Shown piece after piece: positions 1-8,514 of a DNA stretch of 32,047 nt (its first letter is position 1; every line of letters starts with the position of its first letter). The position numbers were made by a program, and so were the translations under genes. Under the pieces are notes generated by a model. It was not told the DNA's origin and ran no database searches. It worked only from the letters and a program-made list of their open reading frames with translations. The stretch comes from Candidatus Woesearchaeota archaeon (GTDB lineage Archaea; Nanobdellota; Nanobdellia; Woesearchaeales; GW2011-AR4), in NCBI GenBank assembly GCA_016185815.1, contig JACPMT010000040.1, positions 1-32,047 of the forward strand, in the 5' to 3' direction.

Positions 1-1727
1 ATAACATTGCCGCCTTTCTCAACATACTCTTCAATGTCCTCAAATGTTCCAGGCACAATTCCATCCCTTTTATTCACATTATTTATTTTGTAAACTATGA
101 TTACATCATGCTTATAGGGCTCTATCCTTTGTTTTTTTGTGTTTATTGTAACAATCTTCCCTGTTTTGTGGTTGAAGTCCTTTATATCCTCTGTCCCAAT
201 CATGAAATTTATTAATGAGCTCCAGAAAATCGGATAGCCCGGCAGCGTCTTGAAGTCGCTTGTATCATCAAGAATCCCGTAGTAGGCAATCTTACCCTTT
301 TTCCTTTCGCCGTAAACTATCAGCGGAGTTTTGTCGTCAGCTGACGCAAATGTCACAGTTCCCTTTTTTGCATCAGCCCCAAAGTAAGAGGCTGTTGTCG
401 TGAAGCACCTCTCCTTCTCAAACTGCTTTGTTATCTGGTTTATCGTGTCAACGCAGACCTTGGTTGGCTTGCTTATCTTGTTCTTTAATTCAACTCCAAG
501 CAACTCTCTTGTATTGATTTCCTTTGAGTCGTCCTGCACAGCTATTATGGCATTGCCCCCTTTTTCAACATAATCCTCGATATCCTCAAATGTCCCCGGC
601 ACAATGCCGTCCCTTTTGTTCACATTGTTTATCCTGTAAACTATTATTATGTCATGCTTGTAAGGATCTATCTTCTGCTTTTCCCTGTTTATGGTAAGGA
701 CAGGAGGATTGACAACATCCAGCTCAATGTCCTTTGCTGCTTCAAGCGCCAGCTCAAGATTGCTTGATTTTTCATTTGTTATCAGCAAAACAGAATTCTT
801 TATTTTTGGGGGCGTTGCAATAAAGGCAGCGTCGTCAACTTCCAGATCGTCTTTAGGCTCAAGCTCCACTTTTGAAATTCCCGCAGGCGTGTCAAAAACA
901 AAGTTTTCAACGGAATTGGCGGCGATAGCCACTTTTGTTTGCGTTATCTCCTTGTTGTCCTTTACAATCTTTATTGTTATCTGTTTTGCCTCGCTGTTGA
1001 AGTTTTTTATATAGACTTTTGTGTTGTATTTTGCCACCTCAAGCTTTATAATGCCGACATTTTTTGCATTGTTTGAAACATCAATAAAGTCAACCAGCTT
1101 GTCTTCCGAAGACAATGTTGCTCTTACAACCTCTATGTCAGGCCCCTCTGTGGCAAGAAAATCGCTTATTACAACAATTCTGCCGGGCTTGTCCCTCAGG
1201 ATGTCCTTGGCAAGAAGCAAAGCGTCCCCAAGATTTGTTGTTGTCGCCCTTGGCTTTATTTTTGAAAGCACATCAAAAGCTATTTTGGAGTTTTCGTTTT
1301 CCAGCACGATTAGCGGCACGTTTTCAGCCATGATTATGCTGTTCCTCCCGCTTAATGCCTTTTTTGCCTGCTCCAAAGCCTTGTCAAACCTTGAAACTCC
1401 CTTTTCCTTCGCCTGCATCGAGGCGCTCACATCCAGAATAATCACAGTGTTTTCCAATGTCACGTCATATTTTAATTTTACAAACGGCGCGGCTGCAACA
1501 ACGGAAAGGCCCAAAATTGACAATAACTGCAGTAAAAACAGCAAATTTGTCATTAATTTCTGGAAGAATGAGTACTGCCTTGACCTTTTCTTGTCTTGCA
1601 GGACAAACATCAATGAAGGGATTATTTTTTCCTGGGGCTTTGGCCTTCTTAGGTAGAGAACGACAAAAACAGCGACTGCTATCAGCGCCCACAATCCCAG
1701 AGGCCTTTGAAACGGCAAAGTCACCAT
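1..1727 (-). CDS. BatA-domain / vWA-domain membrane-anchored protein (3' partial, runs off window)
   Basis: Manual translation from ATG 1727: MVTLPFQRPLGLWALIAVAVFVVLYLRRPKPQEKIIPSLMF (BatA-like double-TM N-terminus), then VIILDVSASM (vWA MIDAS DxSxS). The frame appears to continue to the window edge, which would explain its absence from the ORF track. Confidence 0.8.
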   Translation of the reverse strand, partial: MVTLPFQRPLGLWALIAVAVFVVLYLRRPKPQEKIIPSLMFVLQDKKRSRQYSFFQKLMTNLLFLLQLLSILGLSVVAAAPFVKLKYDVTLENTVIILDVSASMQAKEKGVSRFDKALEQAKKALSGRNSIIMAENVPLIVLENENSKIAFDVLSKIKPRATTTNLGDALLLAKDILRDKPGRIVVISDFLATEGPDIEVVRATLSSEDKLVDFIDVSNNAKNVGIIKLEVAKYNTKVYIKNFNSEAKQITIKIVKDNKEITQTKVAIAANSVENFVFDTPAGISKVELEPKDDLEVDDAAFIATPPKIKNSVLLITNEKSSNLELALEAAKDIELDVVNPPVLTINREKQKIDPYKHDIIIVYRINNVNKRDGIVPGTFEDIEDYVEKGGNAIIAVQDDSKEINTRELLGVELKNKISKPTKVCVDTINQITKQFEKERCFTTTASYFGADAKKGTVTFASADDKTPLIVYGERKKGKIAYYGILDDTSDFKTLPGYPIFWSSLINFMIGTEDIKDFNHKTGKIVTINTKKQRIEPYKHDVIIVYKINNVNKRDGIVPGTFEDIEEYVEKGGNV

Positions 1728-1805
1728 TTTATTTTGATATTTATGAATTGTTGTTTTTATTAACTATACATTTGCTTTAATGGGCTTATGTTTCTTATTC
1801 TGCTC

Positions 1806-1913
1806 TTATTCAATTTCGTTCAAATCCAATTCAATCACGTCATTATTTTTCAAGATATGCTCCACTTCTTCCCTTGTCTTCCCCATCAGCCTGGCCAAAT
1901 CGTCTATTTTCAT
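1806..1913 (-). CDS. Small hypothetical protein (35 aa)
   Basis: MKIDDLARLMGKTREEVEHILKNNDVIELDLNEIE*. Preceded by SD-like GAGGTGAGG overlapping the stop of the upstream AbrB-like gene. Confidence 0.6.
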   Translation of the reverse strand: MKIDDLARLMGKTREEVEHILKNNDVIELDLNEIE

Positions 1914-1917
1914 TGCC

Positions 1918-2121
1918 TCACCTTTTTTTCTTCTTGTTAAGTACAAGATTGATTATTTCCTTCGGATTAACAATGTCCTTGACAAGCACGAGAATATCGT
2001 TGAACTCGTACCAGTAAACCTCGGACTTTGAGCCTATCTTCAAGTCCTGCCTTGCCTCCTGCGGCAGGGTCAATTGCCCCTGCTTCGTCAATTTCACCTT
2101 GCCTATGAATTTCGCTTCCAT
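1918..2121 (-). CDS. AbrB/MazE/SpoVT-family DNA-binding protein
   Basis: From ATG 2121: MEAKFIGKVKLTKQGQLTLPQEARQDLKIGSKSEV, matching the AbrB pattern (GQITLPxxxRxxLgI). Confidence 0.8.
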   Translation of the reverse strand: MEAKFIGKVKLTKQGQLTLPQEARQDLKIGSKSEVYWYEFNDILVLVKDIVNPKEIINLVLNKKKKR

Positions 2122-2218
2122 TATCCTGTTATTAATTTTAATATTTTTAATAAAAATACCGCTATTTTTAAATTTATTAAAAGTAATATTTCTAAAGTTT
2201 TCGGTTTTGCGCAAAGTA

Positions 2219-2232
2219 GAAAGATTTAAATA
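2219..2232 (+). promoter_or_regulatory. Putative BRE/TATA promoter of the thrS leader
   Basis: GAAAGA-TTTAAATA about 24 nt upstream of the leader-peptide ATG at 2256, the spacing expected for a leaderless archaeal transcript. Confidence 0.6.
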
Positions 2233-2255
2233 GTGGTTTTATATTTGCTTTAATT

Positions 2256-2336
2256 ATGGCAAATATTGTTTTATTGTTATTGGACATAATTTTCAATACA
2301 ACTTCAACTACTTCTACAACTACAACAACAGCCTAA
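2256..2336 (+). CDS. Thr-rich leader peptide upstream of thrS (26 aa)
   Basis: MANIVLLLLDIIFNTTSTTSTTTTTA*. Nine Thr codons (ACA/ACT) in the last 12 sense codons, 100 nt upstream of the thrS ATG. Confidence 0.8.
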   Translation: MANIVLLLLDIIFNTTSTTSTTTTTA

Positions 2337-2375
2337 AGGCTGCTCATTGTCTAAAATTCAGTTTTTCTTTGTTTT
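2322..2375 (+). terminator. Putative attenuator hairpin plus U-rich tract
   Basis: CAGCC-TAAA-GGCTG stem (2329-2342) carries the leader stop codon in its loop and is extendable by ACAA/TTGT. It is followed by GTTTTTCTTTGTTTT. Confidence 0.55.
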
Positions 2376-2436
2376 AACCAGTTCAATAAAATATATAAAT
2401 CGGACAAAAACTTCAAAAAATAAGACAAAAACTAAA

Positions 2437-4362
2437 ATGCCAAAAATCAAGATAACATTGCCGGATGGGAGCGTAAAGGAATACCATAAAGGGATTACTG
2501 CAGGCGAAATTGCCTTTGGCATAGGCAAAAGGCTTGGGGAAGACGCATTAATTGCAAAAATAAACGGCAAGCTAAAAGATTTATTTGTTCCGATAAATGA
2601 AGATTCAACCCTGCAGATTATAACTTACAAAGACAAAGAAGGATTGGAGGCTTTCAGGCACAGCACAGCGCATTTGCTTGCCCATGCAGTTGTTGAGATG
2701 TTTCCAGATGCAAAGCCCACAATAGGGCCTGTTGTTGAAGAGGGCTTCTATTATGATTTTGGCATTGAGCACCATTTCGTTCCTGAAGACTTGGTCAAGA
2801 TAGAGCAGAGAATGCATGAAATTGTCAAAAAGGAATACAAAGTTGAGAGAATTGAGTTAAGCGAGGGCGAAGCAAAAAAACTTTTCAAAAATAACCCGTT
2901 TAAAATAGAGTTAATCCAGGAATTCCATGAGGAAAAACAGCCAATTAGCGCCTATAAACAAGGCGATTTTATCGACTTGTGCAGGGGCCCCCACATCCCA
3001 CACACCGGAAAAATAAAAGCGTTCAAGCTGACGAAAATCGCATCAGCTTACTGGAGAGGCGACCCAAAAAATCAGCAACTGCAGAGAATTTATGGGGTAA
3101 GCTTTTCTGAAAAAAGCATGCTTGATGCTCACTTAAAGCAGGTTGAAGAAGCAGAGAAAAGAGACCACAGGAAAATAGGCAAGGAGCTTGAATGGTTTAA
3201 TTTCTTTGAGGAAAGCCCTGGCTCGCCGTTTTTTTATCCAAAAGGGACAATAATCTACAACCTGCTGCTGGAATTCATCAGGAATGAATACAAAAAAAGA
3301 GGCTATCAGGAAGTTATAACTCCACTTCTTTATGAAAAATCCTTGTGGGTTACCTCAGGCCATTGGGAGCATTTCAAGGAAAGCATGTTTGTTTTGGAAT
3401 CAGAAGGAAAAGAGTTTGCCCTAAAGCCGATGAACTGCCCTTCGCATGTTTTGGTTTACAAGTCAAAATCAAGAAGCTACAAGGACTTGCCTTTGAGGAT
3501 TGCTGATTTTGCTCCTTTGCACAGGAATGAATTGTCTGGAGTTTTGGCTGGCTTGACAAGGGTAAGAAAAATGTCTCAGGATGATGCACACATTTTCATT
3601 GCCCCTGAGCAGATTGAAGAGGAGATTTTCAGAGTGCTTGATTTTACAAATTTCATTTACAGGGAAGTGTTTGATTTTGACTACAAGGTTGAATTAAGCA
3701 CGAAGCCGGAAAAGTTTATGGGCAATGCTGAAGGCTGGAGCAAGGCAGAGGAAGCACTGAAAAAAGCGCTTGAAAAAAAGAAAATTGCGTATGAAATCAA
3801 ATCCGGGGAAGGGGCTTTTTACGGGCCTAAAATTGACTTTCACATTAAAGACGCTTTGGGAAGGGACTGGCAGCTTGCCACCATACAGCTTGACTTCCAA
3901 TTGCCTGAAAGATTTGAAGCAACTTATGTCGGAGCGGACAATGCAAAGCACCCTGTTGTGATGATTCACCGGGCATTGTTCGGCTCAATTGAACGGTTCA
4001 TTGGAATTTTGGTTGAGCACTATGCAGGCAAGCTTCCATTGTGGCTGGCGCCTGTTCAGGTTAGAATCTTGACAGTTGCTGACAGGTTTGAAAAATATGC
4101 AAACAAAATAAATGAAGAGCTTGAAAAGCATAACGTTAGGGTTGAAGCAGACTCAAGAGCTGAAAGCGTTGGGTATAAAGTTAGGGAAGCGCAGCACCAG
4201 AAAATTCCATTGATTTTGACAGTAGGCGAAAAAGAAGAAAGCAAGGGCACGGTTGCAGTAAGGACGATTGATAATAAGGTTTATTTTGACGTTAAGGTTG
4301 ATGATTTATTAAGCAAAATTTTAAAAAATATTAAAGAGAAAAAGGTTAAGGTCGAGTTCTAA
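2437..4362 (+). CDS. thrS: Threonine--tRNA ligase, bacterial type
   Basis: N-terminal TGS domain (ITLPDGS), editing domain (RHSTAHLLA, DLCRGPH), KPMNCP, GAFYGPKID, IHRALFGSIERF and an anticodon-binding domain. Start taken as ATG 2437 rather than 2347. Confidence 0.97.
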   Translation: MPKIKITLPDGSVKEYHKGITAGEIAFGIGKRLGEDALIAKINGKLKDLFVPINEDSTLQIITYKDKEGLEAFRHSTAHLLAHAVVEMFPDAKPTIGPVVEEGFYYDFGIEHHFVPEDLVKIEQRMHEIVKKEYKVERIELSEGEAKKLFKNNPFKIELIQEFHEEKQPISAYKQGDFIDLCRGPHIPHTGKIKAFKLTKIASAYWRGDPKNQQLQRIYGVSFSEKSMLDAHLKQVEEAEKRDHRKIGKELEWFNFFEESPGSPFFYPKGTIIYNLLLEFIRNEYKKRGYQEVITPLLYEKSLWVTSGHWEHFKESMFVLESEGKEFALKPMNCPSHVLVYKSKSRSYKDLPLRIADFAPLHRNELSGVLAGLTRVRKMSQDDAHIFIAPEQIEEEIFRVLDFTNFIYREVFDFDYKVELSTKPEKFMGNAEGWSKAEEALKKALEKKKIAYEIKSGEGAFYGPKIDFHIKDALGRDWQLATIQLDFQLPERFEATYVGADNAKHPVVMIHRALFGSIERFIGILVEHYAGKLPLWLAPVQVRILTVADRFEKYANKINEELEKHNVRVEADSRAESVGYKVREAQHQKIPLILTVGEKEESKGTVAVRTIDNKVYFDVKVDDLLSKILKNIKEKKVKVEF

Positions 4363-4368
4363 AATTTG

Positions 4369-5268
4369 TTATCTCTTTTTGCTGTCCCCTCTTCTTCTAA
4401 AGAACCTTACAGCAGCCCATAACACCAATGCTGCAACTGCGTATGGAAGTGCTGCAAAAATCAATTTAAGCAGATTGTTTATGCTTGTTACTAACCTTCT
4501 CACCAATTCTGAAAATTTCACAAACACTATGTTAGCGTACTGCGGCTGCTTTTCGCTTAATGTTACGTATATTGCTGAATAGTCAACACGCTGGTCGATG
4601 TTTTTCAGCGAATCTTCCAAGTACTTTATGGTTCTCTCCTGCTCGAATATTCTATCGCTCAGCTGTATTTTGTCTGCAGTCAAAGTCGCTTCCTCGTACA
4701 TTTTATTGTACCTCAAAAGCCTTTGCTTTTCAGCATTAATCTCAATCTCGAGGTTTTTGTAAGAGCCGGTGACATCCTCTGCATTTTCATTGAAGGACTT
4801 GACTTCGCCTATATTTTTTAATTGCGTTATTATGTCATTATATTTCCTGCTGTCAACCTTTAGCTGGTAAGCGCCGCTGTAATAGGATTTCCAGCCTGAG
4901 TCGTATTTGTTGACGTTTTCATTCAGGAGATAGGAGTTGGTTGCCCTTACTATTGACTTGAGCTTTGACTCTGCATCAGCAAATTGCCCTGTTTCAACTT
5001 CTGTTGAAAGGCTTGATGATCTGGTTATCTTGCGTTCTGCAACATCAGGCGCAAAATCGCCGTACACAGGCACAGGAGGTATGATTCCGCTGCTTCTGAA
5101 GTATGCAGCTTCCGAAACTGCCATTTCCCCGCCAATGCCTTTTGTAAGTGAGGGCACATTGGCTATACTTCCTATGCTACCTACATTCAAAAAGATAAGC
5201 ACGGCTAAGGATATAACAATAAGCAGCCAGTTTTCCTTCAACTTGTTTAATTGCTCTGTTATCGCCAT
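4369..5268 (-). CDS. DUF4349-like membrane protein
   Basis: N-terminal TM helix, ERKITRSSSLSTEV, EDVTGSY followed by a coiled coil, VDYSAIYVTL and a C-terminal TM helix. Confidence 0.75.
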   Translation of the reverse strand: MAITEQLNKLKENWLLIVISLAVLIFLNVGSIGSIANVPSLTKGIGGEMAVSEAAYFRSSGIIPPVPVYGDFAPDVAERKITRSSSLSTEVETGQFADAESKLKSIVRATNSYLLNENVNKYDSGWKSYYSGAYQLKVDSRKYNDIITQLKNIGEVKSFNENAEDVTGSYKNLEIEINAEKQRLLRYNKMYEEATLTADKIQLSDRIFEQERTIKYLEDSLKNIDQRVDYSAIYVTLSEKQPQYANIVFVKFSELVRRLVTSINNLLKLIFAALPYAVAALVLWAAVRFFRRRGDSKKR

Positions 5269-5407
5269 TTTAATCAATAATTTTATAGTAAGCAGCTTGT
5301 ATATAAATATTCTTTTATAGCTTCAAATTGGCTTGAAGTTATAGCTCCTTTCAAAAATGTAAATATAAATAAATATCTTTATAAACTATTTTTAATAGCC
5401 CTAGAAT

Positions 5408-6811
5408 ATGGTCCTCGAAAACCTCAGCAATGCATTGAAAAACACATTGCAAAAAATAGCAAAATCCCTTTTTGTAGATGAAAAGCTGATTAATGAATTA
5501 ATAAAGGACATCCAAAGGGCTTTATTGCAGGCAGATGTAAATGTAAAATTGGTTTTTGACCTGACGGAAAAAATAAAGCAAAGGGCATTGAATGAGGAAT
5601 CCCCAAAAGGGCTTACAAAAAAGGAGCAGATAATAAATATAGTGTATGAGGAATTGGTTAATTTTCTCGGCAAGGAGCAGCACAAAATAGAGCTAAATCA
5701 AAAGCCATTTAAGATAATGCTTGTCGGCTTGTTCGGCTCCGGAAAAACAACCACGGCAGGAAAGCTTGCAAAATTTTACACGAAAAGAGGCCACAAGGTT
5801 GCATTGGTCGGCTTGGATATTCATCGTCCTGCTGCAATGGAGCAGATTGAGCAGGTTGGAAGGCACGCAAACGTTACTGTGTTTTTAGACAAAACCCACG
5901 AAAATCAAAGATTTTCGGGGCCCAGAAAATTCGGTGAATTGTCTCGGGAAATAAAAGACCCGATAGAAATATGGAAAAAACACATTGACGACTATAAAAA
6001 TTTTGACATTTTGATAATAGACACTGCCGGAAGAGACGCGCTTTCCCACGATTTAATCAATGAAATTGAAGAAGTAAACGAAAAAATCCAGCCGAATGAA
6101 AATTTATTGATTATCTCTGCGGACATAGGGCAAGCTGCCCAAAAGCAGGCGGAGCAGTTCCACAAAAGCTGCGGCATAACTGGCATAGTTGTTTCAAAAA
6201 TGGACGGCACTGCAAAGGGCGGAGGGGCTTTGACAGCCTGCGCAGTTTCAGGCGCGCCAATCAAATTTATCGGAATCGGGGAAAAAATAGACGATTTGGA
6301 GCAGTTTAACCCTCAAGGCTTTGTCGGAAGAATTTTAGGCATGGGTGACTTGGAAGCATTGCTGGAAAAAGCAAAGGAAGTGATAAAAACAGAGGATGCA
6401 GAAGACCTTGGCAAGAGGTTTCTTAAAGGAGAATTCAATTTGATTGACTTGTACGAGCAGATGGAAGCAATGTCAAAAATGGGGCCTTTAAGCAGCATTG
6501 TTGAAATGATACCTGGGTTTTCTTCCTTAAAATTGCCCAAGGAAATGCTACAGGTCCAGGAGGGCAAGCTAAAGAAATGGAAAATTGCAATGAACTCCAT
6601 GACAAAGTCAGAGCTTGAAGAGCCCGACATAATCGACAGCCCGAGGGTTGAAAGAATTGCAAAAGGCTCTGGGATTCAAACAAGCGAGATTAGAGAATTG
6701 CTAAAACAATACAAGCAAAGCAAGAAAATGGTCAAGATGTTCAAGGGCAGCAAGGGAGACATTTCAAAAATGATGAAGAAGTTTGGCGGAAAACTGCCGA
6801 TGGGCGTATAG
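5408..6811 (+). CDS. srp54: Signal recognition particle protein SRP54
   Basis: ALLQADV, GLFGSGKTTT, DIHRPAA, DTAGR, SKMDGTAKGGG and a Met-rich M domain. Carries an in-frame insertion at about 5895-5948. Confidence 0.97.
   Translation: MVLENLSNALKNTLQKIAKSLFVDEKLINELIKDIQRALLQADVNVKLVFDLTEKIKQRALNEESPKGLTKKEQIINIVYEELVNFLGKEQHKIELNQKPFKIMLVGLFGSGKTTTAGKLAKFYTKRGHKVALVGLDIHRPAAMEQIEQVGRHANVTVFLDKTHENQRFSGPRKFGELSREIKDPIEIWKKHIDDYKNFDILIIDTAGRDALSHDLINEIEEVNEKIQPNENLLIISADIGQAAQKQAEQFHKSCGITGIVVSKMDGTAKGGGALTACAVSGAPIKFIGIGEKIDDLEQFNPQGFVGRILGMGDLEALLEKAKEVIKTEDAEDLGKRFLKGEFNLIDLYEQMEAMSKMGPLSSIVEMIPGFSSLKLPKEMLQVQEGKLKKWKIAMNSMTKSELEEPDIIDSPRVERIAKGSGIQTSEIRELLKQYKQSKKMVKMFKGSKGDISKMMKKFGGKLPMGV
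5895..5948. repeat. Double-hairpin palindromic element inserted in frame in srp54
   Basis: CGAAAATC-AAA-GATTTTCG, a 6-nt spacer GGGCCC, then AGAAAATTC-GGT-GAATTGTCT, flanked by CCC/GGG. Related copies at 16620-16670 and 25634-25676. Confidence 0.7.
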
Positions 6812-6878
6812 ATTTTGCTGAAAGTTATCTTCAAGAAACTGAAGGATTGAGGATAAATCTTTTGAGGATTTGAATAAA

Positions 6879-7037
6879 ATGAAGAAAGTTTTGAAGTTAT
6901 TAAAAGAACACAAAGTAACAATAAGAAAAGCTGCTAAACTTGCAGATGTTTCTTATTTAGAAATGCTAGGTTTGGTCTCCAGACTAGATATATGTATAGG
7001 ATATTCTTTAAAAGAATTAAGAAAAGACACAAGATAA
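6879..7037 (+). pseudogene. UPF0175-family protein, likely N-terminally truncated (52 aa)
   Basis: MKKVLKLLKEHKVTIRKAAKLADVSYLEMLGLVSRLDICIGYSLKELRKDTR* resembles the UPF0175 C-terminal HTH; no intact N-terminal part is seen upstream. Confidence 0.55.
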
Positions 7038-7059
7038 AACGATTTATAATATTAATTTT

Positions 7060-7725
7060 TCACTCCAAAAACCTAGGATTAAACTTGTCATACCATTCCC
7101 TTTTCTCGATCTCGTCAAGAATGTTTGAAAATCCAAAAGTCGAGGCACCACCATGGATTTCAATCTTTTTGTCAAAGCCGTTTTTCAGCGCGTAAAACGC
7201 GCATATCTTGAAGCCGGCAGAATTCTCGTTCATCATTTCAACAGGGTTGTAAATAATTTCAATCATTCTTTCGCTTCTGTTAAAAACAGCGGCAATCGTG
7301 CTTGTGCCAGTTTCAGGGTCGATATATGAAATGCAGATTTTATCCAGCAAAGAGTCGAGAAATCTGGCAAATTTGTCAATGTCGCTGGCATCAATTTGGT
7401 TGAAATTTGCCCTTCCGACTGACTTTAAGCCAGGAATTTTCGATGCTGTCTCGGCAAAGAATTCCTTTACATCCTTAACCTTGATGAAAACGCTTACTTT
7501 GAAATGCTCTATTGTCTTTTTTGTCTTGATTTTTATTCCTTTGTACTTTCTGTTGAACTGCTCTGCAAGTTTTTCGAATTTAGGAATTAAAGTATCCAAA
7601 TCATGCTGCGCCTCGCCGTAGTACCTGTCGATTTCAGCTCCTACCTTAATCATTTGAGTAAAGTCTTTTTTGAAATTATTGATATCACTGGAGCTGAATT
7701 CCGACAGAATGTCGTTGTTTACCAT
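7060..7725 (-). CDS. Hypothetical protein (221 aa)
   Basis: Long ORF with host-like codon usage and a TTTAAAT box upstream; no recognisable motif. Confidence 0.75.
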   Translation of the reverse strand: MVNNDILSEFSSSDINNFKKDFTQMIKVGAEIDRYYGEAQHDLDTLIPKFEKLAEQFNRKYKGIKIKTKKTIEHFKVSVFIKVKDVKEFFAETASKIPGLKSVGRANFNQIDASDIDKFARFLDSLLDKICISYIDPETGTSTIAAVFNRSERMIEIIYNPVEMMNENSAGFKICAFYALKNGFDKKIEIHGGASTFGFSNILDEIEKREWYDKFNPRFLE

Positions 7726-7801
7726 GATTGAATTTATTTTAATGGGATTATTTAAATGTTATGAAAAAAGGTTTTTAAATTAGAGTATATTATTTGCATT
7801 A

Positions 7802-8470
7802 ATGAAAGAAACTCTTAAGGATGTATACTTAATAATCAAATCCTTACAAAGATCTGCTGTAAAGAATGGGGGAAGGTTCTACTGGGATGTTGCTAATAGT
7901 GATAATTTAGCTAACTTAGTCAACCGATTATCAAATCCCAATAACAGGGAAAGGCAAGTCATAAGAGAATTATTGCAGAGAGAACATCCATTTACTTTAT
8001 TAGACGCAGGTTGTGGTGTTGCAACAGAATTATCAAGTTATAGAATAGGAAATATAAAAGTAAACTATGTTGGATTAGATAAAAGCAGTTACATGATAGC
8101 TAAGGCAAAAAAAGGTTATCCAGGGGCAAAATTTGTCAGAGGTGAAGTAGAATCACTTCCTTTTCCTGATGATAGTTTTGATGTTGTAGTGCTAAGACAT
8201 GTTTTAGAACATTTGGAGAATTATAAGACTGCAGTAAAAGAAGCACTAAGGGTCTCAAGAGAAATTATAATTATAGATTTTTTTCATAGATTATTACCTT
8301 TCGGCTTGAGCTGGAAAATTTGGGATAAAGATGGCTATTGGAACAATTGGTATAGTAAAACCGAATTTGTAAGATTTTTACAATCGCTGAATATTTCTTA
8401 TAAGGTGACTACCACAAAAGGAAATTCAGGACAAACTGCTGAGATTTATATTTTGGAAAAAAGAGTATAA
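7802..8470 (+). CDS. Class I SAM-dependent methyltransferase
   Basis: LLDAGCGVA, VGLDKS, ESLPFPDDSFDVV and HVLEHL. AT-rich codon usage differs from its neighbours. Confidence 0.9.
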   Translation: MKETLKDVYLIIKSLQRSAVKNGGRFYWDVANSDNLANLVNRLSNPNNRERQVIRELLQREHPFTLLDAGCGVATELSSYRIGNIKVNYVGLDKSSYMIAKAKKGYPGAKFVRGEVESLPFPDDSFDVVVLRHVLEHLENYKTAVKEALRVSREIIIIDFFHRLLPFGLSWKIWDKDGYWNNWYSKTEFVRFLQSLNISYKVTTTKGNSGQTAEIYILEKRV

Positions 8471-8514
8471 AGTAACATGAAAACTTTATATAACCTAATC
8501 TATCTCTAGACCTT

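Noticed and set aside
691..1780. Plus-strand ORFs listed in the ORF track
   Set aside because: Antisense shadows of the minus-strand BatA/vWA gene. The same applies to the many short antisense ORFs over thrS, srp54, the CNNM gene, argS, rib and car genes.
2347..2436. N-terminal extension of ThrRS in the ORF track
   Set aside because: Low-complexity translation of the leader and U-tract; homology begins at MPKIKITLPDG (2437).
5895..5948. SRP54 insertion as a BHB intron
   Set aside because: No 4-bp central helix with two 3-nt bulges can be formed at the junctions, and the frame is preserved without splicing.
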